A stretch of DNA of 33,844 bases. It comes from a virus. Taxonomy: Duplodnaviria; Caudoviricetes. A program made the position numbers and the translations under genes. Shown here piece by piece: positions 17,135 through 24,566 of the stretch (position 1 is the stretch's first letter; the number at the start of each line of letters is the position of its first letter). The notes beneath the pieces are model-generated. The model saw only the letters and a list, made by a program, of their open reading frames with translations, made no database searches and was not told where the DNA came from. The stretch covers positions 1 to 33,844 of IMG/VR virus record IMGVR_UViG_3300023293_000007, one strand, 5' to 3'.

Positions 17135-17446
17135 TTACTTCACCCCCACTGGTTTTAAATAAGGTGTGGCATGGTCGTATGGGGAACCCATAGCAACATC
17201 AAACCGATACTTACCTGTAGAGTCTCTAAACCTATTTTTCACAAGTACCCTAAACTTGAAGTCTCCTTCGTCGTCCCATGCCAAGCACTCGACCCAAGTA
17301 TCTTGGTCATGTGGGTCTATATCATCCCACCAGTTAGGGATTTCTTCTCTTAGATACATTAAAATGTTCTTTGCCTGAGTGTCGCTTATACAAATAGCCT
17401 TGATTAAAGCTAGCGCCTTCTCATCATCATCAATTACTCTACTCAT
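17135..17446 (-). CDS. hypothetical protein (cassette)
   Basis: 103 aa, ends PVGVK. Confidence 0.75.
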   Translation of the reverse strand: MSRVIDDDEKALALIKAICISDTQAKNILMYLREEIPNWWDDIDPHDQDTWVECLAWDDEGDFKFRVLVKNRFRDSTGKYRFDVAMGSPYDHATPYLKPVGVK

Positions 17447-17694
17447 CACTTCACCCCCACTACTTCAACACCGAAGCACGTTTTCATAAATCGGCTTGCG
17501 GCATCGTTAGATATTCTGCGTCTGTTGGCTACATCCTCATCGCTTAGACTAACCCACGGTTCAAGATTCATAGAGTCGTAACAAGCCATAGCTATGTTGC
17601 AATGCCACCCGTGTGCTAGGCTTCCAACCTCCATACCGTCTTCGACCATAGCTTTTTTAATAACATCCATTGCATTTTTCACTTCTTTAGTCAT
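17446..17694 (-). CDS. hypothetical protein (first gene of array)
   Basis: 82 aa, 'AHGWHCNIAMACYD', ends VVGVK; own GAGG RBS. Confidence 0.75.
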   Translation of the reverse strand: MTKEVKNAMDVIKKAMVEDGMEVGSLAHGWHCNIAMACYDSMNLEPWVSLSDEDVANRRRISNDAASRFMKTCFGVEVVGVK

Positions 17695-17719
17695 AATCTT
17701 ATCCTCTGTTTAATCTCTG

Positions 17720-18196
17720 TTATTCAAACATCTTTCGCATTGTATCCAAGTGGATACGAGCCTTCTCCTTCCTTTCTTCCTTCGTACCAGACTCTAATAG
17801 CTGTTCTGGCTTGTAAATCTTGTGGCATAACGTCCCTGCCGACCCTGTAAACACACCTTCGTTGGTCAACAGTCCTATAATTGCGTCAATATCAGGCCAA
17901 CTAAACTTATCATTCCCTGACCTTCTCTCTTTGTGGGCTAGGTCAAACGCTTCATTGATCTTTTCTCGACTAAACGTAGCAATCACCTTGCCAAACTCTC
18001 TTCTTGCTAGGTCAGATGATACTTTATCAGGCCATTGTGTCTGCATCTTCACTGTTCCATACAAATTCTGTAGTCGCATAAAGAAATAAGCGATTGAATC
18101 TTTATCTTCAGGACTAAAAGTCTGTGGCTTTTTCGTAGTCGTAGAAGTTTGAAGCGTAATCAGATCGTTTTTCGATAGCAGTTCGTTTATTTGCAT
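17720..18196 (-). CDS. putative replication protein P-like / helicase loader
   Basis: Overlaps 3' end of initiator; 'FFMRLQNLYG..W','WP.I' pattern; ATG 18196 after AAGGA. Confidence 0.5.
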   Translation of the reverse strand: MQINELLSKNDLITLQTSTTTKKPQTFSPEDKDSIAYFFMRLQNLYGTVKMQTQWPDKVSSDLARREFGKVIATFSREKINEAFDLAHKERRSGNDKFSWPDIDAIIGLLTNEGVFTGSAGTLCHKIYKPEQLLESGTKEERKEKARIHLDTMRKMFE

Positions 18197-18848
18197 TTTC
18201 CTTATTCCTCTTTTTGTCACTTGCTTCCCAGGTTTGGACACACTTCTTCCAGTTCTGCATCTTATTCTTGCCGATCATCCAGCCTTTGCTTCCATAGAAG
18301 TTCATAAAGTTCTGCGCATCAATGCCGTTATCTCTTTCAATACAGTATTCAGTCACTTCTTCAAGCGTAGGTATCTTTAACTTTTCCTCATTTCCAGGTA
18401 ACTCTGGGGATTTATCCCCTTTATTATTATCCTTATTATTATCCTTATCTATTATACTTGGTGTACACGTCAAGGGGGTATTGCACTCCACGTCAAGGGG
18501 GTCTTGATCTGTACGTCTAGGGGGGTACTGTACGTCAAGGGGTAAGCACGTTAAATATCTAGCCTCAACCTGGTTAGTTCCCTCCCTATAAGTAATGACC
18601 CTACTTAAATAGCCTAACCTCTCAAGTTTGGTTATCATCTTGCTTATAGTGGTAACTCCCAGGTTTATGCGCTCACCTATCTGAGAGTTCTTAGCGTAGC
18701 ATTGCAAGCCATTGACCACCGTAAAGCTGTAAACGACCCCATACAGGGCAGCATCGCTAAGAGTAAGCCTATCATCTTTCAAAAGGGCGTCCAATAAAGG
18801 AACAAACGTCATCGCGTTCCTTGTTAGTTTGCTACCAGTCTCTTTCAT
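18114..18848 (-). CDS. replication initiator (N-terminal wHTH, lambda O-like organisation)
   Basis: 'CYAKNSQIGERINLG..TISKMITKLERLGYL'; C-terminal 'PTLEEV..YC.ER..IDA..F..FY.SKGW.IGKNKMQNWK'; internal iterons; ATGA overlap. Confidence 0.8.
   Translation of the reverse strand: MKETGSKLTRNAMTFVPLLDALLKDDRLTLSDAALYGVVYSFTVVNGLQCYAKNSQIGERINLGVTTISKMITKLERLGYLSRVITYREGTNQVEARYLTCLPLDVQYPPRRTDQDPLDVECNTPLTCTPSIIDKDNNKDNNKGDKSPELPGNEEKLKIPTLEEVTEYCIERDNGIDAQNFMNFYGSKGWMIGKNKMQNWKKCVQTWEASDKKRNKENANKRTAIEKRSDYASNFYDYEKATDF
18419..18543. repeat. putative replication origin: four ACGTC(A/T)AGGGG(G)T iterons plus adjacent AT-rich 12-bp repeats
   Basis: Iterons at 18467, 18490, 18513, 18532; C(C/T)TTATTATTAT repeats at about 18419-18450. 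Confidence 0.8.
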
Positions 18849-19957
18849 ATACAAAACCTATCGTTTAATGTTATCCATGCTTTAGCGGCTGTCTGTGGCA
18901 CTACTCCATTGCCAAGTTGACGTACCCGATCAACTCTGTCTGGGCATTCGGAAATCACTCTGTCAATCCCCAACTCCCAAGAGCCGTCCATCCAAGAGGA
19001 AGCCCCATCAAACCCTCCACCCAATCGGGGTTCAGCTTCCCTGATGCTTTGTTCGCAACCATTACCGCGTTCGGTAGCTGACCCATCTGCGCTCTCTCTC
19101 CTCTCTCTATCTTGTCGAGTGTCGCCTGGTATCCGTTCGCACCCTTGTAATCCCTCGCTGATGGAGTCGGCCAATACCGCACCTGATCGCTCAGATTCGC
19201 GCCATAAGTTTTGGTCGGGTCGCTGACTGATATTCTCTGACCCTTCTCGTTCAATGTCCTGGGGCCGCCTTGAGCATCCGCTGCTCTTGGTGTCGCCCAG
19301 CTTGTTTTTTTGTATATCTCCACCGCCCTGGGGTTTACTTGCTCCCTCAAGTTTGCAGGAGCCGTCCTCCCTTTGCGCGTTGTCGTTGCTTGACGAATTA
19401 ACGCTTCTTCTGATCGTTGTGGCAGATGGTCCATTGTGTTTGGTGTTGCCCAAGATGTAGACTCGCTTTCTCTGGTGAGGAGCGCCAACTTCACGCGCTG
19501 AGAATATTCCCCACGTTGATCTATAACCATCTGATTCCAGTTCGCTAATGACTTCTCTGAGTCCGAGACTAATGTGTCCCTCGACATTTTCAAAGAAACA
19601 GGAAATAGGTCTAATTGATTCAATGTGTCGCCTGATATGAGGCCAAAGGTGCCTGGGGTCGTCTGCTCCAAGTCGTTTCCCTGCTGAACTAAATGGCTGA
19701 CAGGGATAACCGCCAGTGATGAGGCTAATCTTGTCTCGAAAGAGGTGTGCTGGGAAGGAAGTAAGATTGCTGTAAATAGGCGCTGGCTCCAGCCTCCCTT
19801 GTTCCATTTTCGAGAGTAGGTTTGCAATCGCATAGGCTTCGATCTCCACATAAGCGACGACTCTATGTTTAAACCCTGCAAGGTCAAGTCCTCGCTCGAT
19901 GCCACCATATCCAGAGCAAAAGCTGATGACAGTTGGTAATTCTTTGGTAGTATCCAC
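18845..19957 (-). CDS. DNA (cytosine-5)-methyltransferase, catalytic chain
   Basis: Motif I FCSGYGG, IV GYPCQPFS, VI ENV, VIII HQRKRVY, X LGNGVVP; GTG start. Confidence 0.9.
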   Translation of the reverse strand: MDTTKELPTVISFCSGYGGIERGLDLAGFKHRVVAYVEIEAYAIANLLSKMEQGRLEPAPIYSNLTSFPAHLFRDKISLITGGYPCQPFSSAGKRLGADDPRHLWPHIRRHIESIRPISCFFENVEGHISLGLREVISELESDGYRSTWGIFSAREVGAPHQRKRVYILGNTKHNGPSATTIRRSVNSSSNDNAQREDGSCKLEGASKPQGGGDIQKNKLGDTKSSGCSRRPQDIEREGSENISQRPDQNLWRESERSGAVLADSISEGLQGCERIPGDTRQDRERRESADGSATERGNGCEQSIREAEPRLGGGFDGASSWMDGSWELGIDRVISECPDRVDRVRQLGNGVVPQTAAKAWITLNDRFCI

Positions 19958-19959
19958 AT
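18955..19959 (-). CDS. overlapping alternative-frame protein: probable second methyltransferase subunit (W[AP]TP repeats, motif IX-like)
   Basis: 334 open codons; WATP, WATP, WPTP repeats; 'GKLNPDWVEGLMGLPLGWT'; ATG coupled to upstream TAA. Confidence 0.7.
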   Translation of the reverse strand: MWILPKNYQLSSAFALDMVASSEDLTLQGLNIESSLMWRSKPMRLQTYSRKWNKGGWSQRLFTAILLPSQHTSFETRLASSLAVIPVSHLVQQGNDLEQTTPGTFGLISGDTLNQLDLFPVSLKMSRDTLVSDSEKSLANWNQMVIDQRGEYSQRVKLALLTRESESTSWATPNTMDHLPQRSEEALIRQATTTRKGRTAPANLREQVNPRAVEIYKKTSWATPRAADAQGGPRTLNEKGQRISVSDPTKTYGANLSDQVRYWPTPSARDYKGANGYQATLDKIERGERAQMGQLPNAVMVANKASGKLNPDWVEGLMGLPLGWTALGSWGLTE

Positions 19960-20159
19960 TATTCGCCAGCCGCTATAAACTCGCCAATCGTCATGTCACC
20001 CACGACAGCCATTCTGCCTAGCGACTCCATACTCGGCATTCTTTTTCCGTTCATTAGCAGGCTTAGAGTGCTAACGGACACTTCTGAGCGACTCGCCATT
20101 TCATTTTGATTTATGTCTAGCTTGTACATAACCGCCCTTATTGATCGTCGAATATCCAT
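19959..20159 (-). CDS. XRE/Cro-like HTH regulator
   Basis: 'INQNEMASRSEVSVSTLSLLMNGKRMPSMESL'; first gene downstream of leftward promoter. Confidence 0.85.
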   Translation of the reverse strand: MDIRRSIRAVMYKLDINQNEMASRSEVSVSTLSLLMNGKRMPSMESLGRMAVVGDMTIGEFIAAGE

Positions 20160-20185
20160 GATTAATTCCTTATTAGTGAGATGCT

Positions 20186-20214
20186 ATAGTAAACTAAATA
20201 AAATAAATAGTCAA
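20186..20214 (-). promoter_or_regulatory. leftward sigma70 promoter
   Basis: TTGACT (20214-20209) - 17 bp - TACTAT (20191-20186). Confidence 0.8.
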
Positions 20215-20219
20215 ACCAT

Positions 20220-20248
20220 TTGACAGATGGTTATAAATAGTCCATTAT
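20220..20248 (+). promoter_or_regulatory. rightward sigma70 promoter
   Basis: TTGACA (20220-20225) - 17 bp - CATTAT (20243-20248). Confidence 0.75.
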
Positions 20249-20280
20249 GTCACCTCAACATCAGAGAAAAGGAAAAGAAA

Positions 20281-20427
20281 ATGAACGGATGGAATGGTAG
20301 TTGTGAGGATTGGTTACACGGTGATGAGAATTTAACAGACGAAGCTTATCCACCAGTGTCACCAGAAGAGATCGAAGAGGCGTTAGCGGATATTAAGCTA
20401 AGAGAGGAGAAAGACAATGAAAGCTAA
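20281..20427 (+). CDS. small acidic hypothetical protein (48 aa)
   Basis: ATG 20281 after AAGGA and downstream of the promoter; the track's 20227 start lies inside the promoter. Confidence 0.6.
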   Translation: MNGWNGSCEDWLHGDENLTDEAYPPVSPEEIEEALADIKLREEKDNES

Positions 20428-20740
20428 AAAGATTAAGCCATTAACGCCTGGTAACAGCATGAAAAGAATAATCGATACAATGAGCGCGGCAGATATGAAA
20501 CTGTCTTGGGCCAGGTGGGGAAATCCTCTTGATTTGTGGTTCGATGAAATGTGCAAAGAGATGCCTGGCAATAGAGGCTCTGACATACAATACCTCGAAG
20601 ATTTAGAGCGAGGGGATTACGATTGTCAGCAAGGTAATCCAGCGAAAGATGGTGAGTCACTAGGATACGAGATAGGCTACGGAGCGCGATACGTTCTGGA
20701 GCAGAATCAAAACCACCAAACAGAAAGGGGAATGAAATGA
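20417..20740 (+). CDS. hypothetical protein
   Basis: 107 aa, GAGGAG RBS; 'ERGDYDCQQG...YEIGYG'. Confidence 0.7.
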   Translation: MKAKKIKPLTPGNSMKRIIDTMSAADMKLSWARWGNPLDLWFDEMCKEMPGNRGSDIQYLEDLERGDYDCQQGNPAKDGESLGYEIGYGARYVLEQNQNHQTERGMK

Positions 20741-21336
20741 ACAGTAGCGAATCAATTAAAAACTTAGCGGTTGCGCTAGTAAAGGCACAGAAAGAAATGG
20801 GCGGGGCGGTTAAGGATAGCAAAAACCCCTTCTTTAAGTCTAATTATGCAGACCTAACCTCGGTGATTATGGCAATCAAAGAGCCTTTTAGTAACGCAGG
20901 GCTTGCTTACACTCAGTTTCCAGTGAGTGAAGATGGTCGAGTAGGCGTGGTTACAAGACTAATGCACGAATCAGGTGAATGGCTAGAGCATTCCTATACG
21001 CTTCCAACGGTAAAGAATGACCCTCAAGCCGCAGGTTCAGCCATAACGTACGCAAGACGGTACGCACTTCAATCTATTGCAGGAATACCAACGGCTGACG
21101 ATGATGCTGAAAGTGCAATGCTTCGGGGTAACGGGTTGCCTGTTGTAGAAAGGGCCATAATAGGTGACGACCAAGCCACTGAAATCAAAGGGCTGCTGGC
21201 CGAGTACAAGATAGACGTCAAAGCGTTTCTTAAATACTTCAAAGCCACCTCTGTCGATCTAATGCTTGCCTCTAACTACACTAGGGCAATAGCGACCTTA
21301 CAGGCAAAGGCTCCGAAGTCTGGGGGTGAGTCGTGA
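20737..21336 (+). CDS. erf: ERF-family single-strand annealing protein
   Basis: 'KNPFFKSNYADL','LMHESGEW','PQAAGSAITYARRYAL..IAGI..DDDA'. Confidence 0.92.
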   Translation: MNSSESIKNLAVALVKAQKEMGGAVKDSKNPFFKSNYADLTSVIMAIKEPFSNAGLAYTQFPVSEDGRVGVVTRLMHESGEWLEHSYTLPTVKNDPQAAGSAITYARRYALQSIAGIPTADDDAESAMLRGNGLPVVERAIIGDDQATEIKGLLAEYKIDVKAFLKYFKATSVDLMLASNYTRAIATLQAKAPKSGGES

Positions 21337-21623
21337 AAACTCAAACGGTACACATCAACGCAAACTTTAAGGTTGAAATTGATAAGTGGAATCATACCTT
21401 GTTAGAGTTTAGACCCGCTGAAATAATAGAGCGAGGCAAGAACATAGGTAAGGTGCGAAAGGAAAACTGGGCGGTGGTTGGATATTATAAAGATATGCAC
21501 CTTGTTATCCGGAAGCTGTCTGAATGTATTGGGCTAACGGACGCTGATTACTCCATGATGGAACACTGCAAAGCGGTATTAGATAAGGCCGAGACTTTGT
21601 GTGCGTCAGTTGCAAAGGTTTAA
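21333..21623 (+). CDS. hypothetical protein
   Basis: 96 aa, GTGA overlap, 'W..VGYY' motif. Confidence 0.7.
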   Translation: MKTQTVHINANFKVEIDKWNHTLLEFRPAEIIERGKNIGKVRKENWAVVGYYKDMHLVIRKLSECIGLTDADYSMMEHCKAVLDKAETLCASVAKV

Positions 21624-21668
21624 ATCAAACACGCTGTCGGTAGTCACAATACCGATAAAGGAGACAAT

Positions 21669-22040
21669 ATGATTATAAAGGACAGTCAGGGGGGGGGAGG
21701 GGATCCAAAATACTCCCCCAAAGGCGGCAAGATGTTTCATGAAGATGGATACCAGTTGCCTGATGACGAGCCTCTAATGGTTTTTCGCGGAAAAGATATA
21801 GGAAGTTTGATGGCTATTTATGAATATGTGTCGATGCTTGAAGACCAGCCGCAAAACCAGACTATTGTTAGTCACTTGGAGAGCAGTTTGGAGAGATTGG
21901 GTGCGTTTTATCACTACCAAATAAACAACCCTCACCTACAGTCAGTCGGTTGCTCTATGAAAGCCCATGATCGCTATAAAATGTTCTTAAATTTTGCAAA
22001 ATCTAAATTAATTGAGCATGGATTGGAGGTTGAACAATGA
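21669..22040 (+). CDS. hypothetical protein
   Basis: AAGGAG RBS; 'PDDEPLMVFRGKD' motif. Confidence 0.75.
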   Translation: MIIKDSQGGGGDPKYSPKGGKMFHEDGYQLPDDEPLMVFRGKDIGSLMAIYEYVSMLEDQPQNQTIVSHLESSLERLGAFYHYQINNPHLQSVGCSMKAHDRYKMFLNFAKSKLIEHGLEVEQ

Positions 22041-22642
22041 TTATATTAGATCAAGAACAGGGTAGTCCTGAGTGGCTGGAGTCGAGGCTGGGGAGGCCAA
22101 GTGCCTCTCAATTCTCTAACCTGATAACGGTTACTGGGAAACCATCGTCTTCTGCGGCTAAGTATATCCTTAAGCTAATATCTGAGCGTATAACAGGCGA
22201 GTCTGAGCAGTTCTTCCAGAGTTCAGCCATGCTTAGAGGTATTGACTTGGAGAGCGATGCTAGAGAAGCCTACGAGTACATCACTGACAACAAGGTTCAA
22301 GAGTATGGGTTCATTTTAGATGATTCTGGCGAGTATGGGTGCAGTCCTGACGGTATGTTAGTTGATGAAAACATAGGATTAGAGTTAAAATGCCCTCTTG
22401 CCCCGAACCATACTAAGTATTTACTAGACCCCAATGAGCTAGTTAAGGATTATTTTCAGCAGATTCAGGGCTGTATGCTAGTCACTGAAAGGGAGGCATG
22501 GGACATATTCAGCTATCACCCACTGGCAGGCCATGTGTTAGTGCGAGTACCAAGAGATGAAGAGTTTATAACCAAGTTGAAAGCCGAGATAGATAAGGCT
22601 GTTGACATTATTTTAACCGAAACGAAGAGGCTAATGATATGA
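22037..22642 (+). CDS. YqaJ / lambda-exonuclease family protein
   Basis: '[16 protein letters not shown]','AMLRG..LE','GCSPDG','ELKCP','QIQG'. Confidence 0.9.
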   Translation: MIILDQEQGSPEWLESRLGRPSASQFSNLITVTGKPSSSAAKYILKLISERITGESEQFFQSSAMLRGIDLESDAREAYEYITDNKVQEYGFILDDSGEYGCSPDGMLVDENIGLELKCPLAPNHTKYLLDPNELVKDYFQQIQGCMLVTEREAWDIFSYHPLAGHVLVRVPRDEEFITKLKAEIDKAVDIILTETKRLMI

Positions 22643-23070
22643 GTGGAATTAACAAAGTATTTATTATAGGAAATGTAGGCGCAGACCCAGAAATTAAATT
22701 CTTGCCTAGCGGTGGTGCGGTGGCTAACTTAACTGTGGCAACCAGCGAGACATGGAAGGATAAAACTACAGGCGAAAAGAAAGAAGCTACCGAGTGGCAT
22801 AAGGTGGTGTTCTTTGGGCGTGTCGCTGAGATAGTCGGGGAGTATATCAAGAAAGGCTCCAAGATTTATGTTGAAGGTTCGCTGAAAACGCGGAAGTGGC
22901 AAGATCAGGAGGGTAATGATCGCTACACAACGGAGATTAAGGGTAATGAGATGCAAATGCTTGACTCTAGGGGCGATGCTAGCTCAAAAGATCCAGCACC
23001 CAAAGAAACCCCACAAAAAGGCTCGCCACAACAATCTGAAGCCGTTGATGACGATACTATACCTTTCTGA
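22639..23070 (+). CDS. ssb: single-stranded DNA-binding protein
   Basis: '[15 protein letters not shown]','TEWH.VVFFG','[11 protein letters not shown]', acidic tail DDDTIPF. Confidence 0.95.
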   Translation: MSGINKVFIIGNVGADPEIKFLPSGGAVANLTVATSETWKDKTTGEKKEATEWHKVVFFGRVAEIVGEYIKKGSKIYVEGSLKTRKWQDQEGNDRYTTEIKGNEMQMLDSRGDASSKDPAPKETPQKGSPQQSEAVDDDTIPF

Positions 23071-23119
23071 TCTGTGCCATTCTAGCTAACCGCGTCCTAC
23101 GGGGCGCAATGAGGTTTTA

Positions 23120-23887
23120 ATGAAACATTTAATCATACCTGATACGCAAGTAAAGGCTGATACTCCGATAGAGCATTTGGGGTGGGCAGGACAGTACGCG
23201 GTGAAGATGCGGCCAGATGTTATTGTGCATATTGGTGACCATTGGGATATGCCTAGTCTAAACTCTTACTCTGGTGCAGGAACCAAGAGTTTTGAGGGCA
23301 ATAGATACATTAAGGATATTGAGTCTGGTATCTTAGGCATGAAGGAGTTTTTAAAGCCTATCCGCGACGAACAGGCAAGGCTACGCAAGAACAAAGAGAA
23401 ACAATGGAAGCCTAGAATGGTGTTCACTCTTGGCAACCATGAGAACAGGATTGCTAGAGCCGTAGAGTCAGACCCTAAACTTGATGGGCTTATTGGGTTT
23501 AAAGACTTAAAGCTCGAAGAGATGGGGTGGGAAGTAGTGCCATTCCTTATGCCAATTAAGATTTCAGGCGTGGTCTACGCTCACTATTTTACTTCGGGCG
23601 TGATGGGGCGGCCTGTATCCAGTAGCAGGGCATTAATTAACAAGCAATTACAGAGCTGTGTGATGGGGCACGTTCAAGACCGCGAAGTCCATTTTGCGAA
23701 GAGGGCTGACGGTACAAGGGTTACAGGACTATTTGCAGGAATATTCTACCAGCACAACGAAGAGTATCTTAATCCACAAACAAATCTATCGTGGCGTGGT
23801 ATATGGGTCTTGAATGAGGTTGATGATGGTGCTTTTGACGAAATGCCAGTGTCACTTAACTACCTTAGAAAGAAGTACGGACAATGA
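23120..23887 (+). CDS. calcineurin-like metallophosphoesterase
   Basis: 'IPDTQ','HIGDHWD','GNHE','AH','GHVQ'. Confidence 0.85.
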   Translation: MKHLIIPDTQVKADTPIEHLGWAGQYAVKMRPDVIVHIGDHWDMPSLNSYSGAGTKSFEGNRYIKDIESGILGMKEFLKPIRDEQARLRKNKEKQWKPRMVFTLGNHENRIARAVESDPKLDGLIGFKDLKLEEMGWEVVPFLMPIKISGVVYAHYFTSGVMGRPVSSSRALINKQLQSCVMGHVQDREVHFAKRADGTRVTGLFAGIFYQHNEEYLNPQTNLSWRGIWVLNEVDDGAFDEMPVSLNYLRKKYGQ

Positions 23888-23961
23888 TAGGCTACCTCGG
23901 TGTATCTCTAATATTATCCGCTATGTTGTGGGGTGAGTACAAAGACAGAGGAGCGCAATAA
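23884..23961 (+). CDS. possible 25-aa hydrophobic peptide
   Basis: ATGA overlap; MIGYLGVSLILSAMLWGEYKDRGAQ. Confidence 0.35.
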   Translation: MIGYLGVSLILSAMLWGEYKDRGAQ

Positions 23962-24202
23962 ATCTAACACATAATTATCTATGTGGATTCCTTATAGACT
24001 ATACCAATAAAGGGCTACAGTTAATATTATGTTAGGATTATCATTCTTATTGATTAGTTTTAACGGATTGTATAAAAACACTTAGGTGGTACCGTAACAG
24101 ATTACGGCACCAAAATATGAGAAAGGGTAACGGGTAACTTAAATGAACACTATGGCTATCAAAATGTACGAAAATGATAAGCATAGTAACCAGGAGAAAG
24201 GT

Positions 24203-24469
24203 ATGGAAGCAAGGGCAGAAGATTGGTTAAGACTTAGGGAAGCGCATCCTGCTATTGAGAAGGAATTAGTTGACGTAGGTTACAGGAAGAAGGAGGGCAC
24301 TACCGAGATCCAGGTGATCGTGCGTGGTGATGCTGATTCAGAAACGCTGGTCTGTGAGATAGAGAGGGCGGTTAACTTTCTAAAGGACTTGCAGAAAAAG
24401 CTACTGTTAACGCCAGAGGTCAAAAAGTTGGTCATGGCAGGGAACAGTTTAATGCGCGACAAAGTGTGA
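24203..24469 (+). CDS. hypothetical protein
   Basis: ATG 24203 after AGGAG (frame is open from 24143). Confidence 0.6.
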   Translation: MEARAEDWLRLREAHPAIEKELVDVGYRKKEGTTEIQVIVRGDADSETLVCEIERAVNFLKDLQKKLLLTPEVKKLVMAGNSLMRDKV

Positions 24470-24501
24470 GATTGTAACAGTTTAATGCGCTAAAAAGTGT
24501 G
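24443..24501 (+). repeat. 26-bp imperfect direct repeat, two copies
   Basis: AACAGTTTAATGCGC(GAC/TAA)AAAGTGTG at 24443 and 24476. Confidence 0.85.
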
Positions 24502-24527
24502 GTGTTTTGCTGACATATTGCAGGCAT

Positions 24528-24549
24528 AAAAAAGCCCCATTGCTGGGGC
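24528..24549 (-). terminator. rho-independent terminator
   Basis: Minus strand GCCCCA-GCAA-TGGGGC-TTTTTT. Confidence 0.85.
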
Positions 24550-24566
24550 AAGGTACTGCGGGAGTA

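Larger units (their letters stand above)
15623..17463 (-). repeat. nine dispersed copies of a ~20-bp gene-junction repeat (minus-strand consensus (C/G)(C/T)AGTGGGGGTGAAGTGATG)
   Basis: + strand CATCACTTCACCCCCACT or variants at 15623, 15914, 16092, 16289, 16423, 16629, 16892, 17131, 17444. Confidence 0.95.

Noticed and set aside
15746-17378. Plus-strand ORFs over the cassette array
   Set aside because: The minus strand is fully tiled by coupled ORFs with RBSs; the plus-strand frames look like shadows.
15623-17463. CRISPR array or integron interpretation of the junction repeats
   Set aside because: Spacers are 130-310 bp protein-coding genes, the repeats are not palindromic, and there is no attC structure, cas gene or tyrosine recombinase.
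24010-24040. dif-like XerC/D integration site (TTATGTTAGGA resembles a XerD arm)
   Set aside because: Several mismatches and no recognisable XerC arm; expected by chance in AT-rich DNA.
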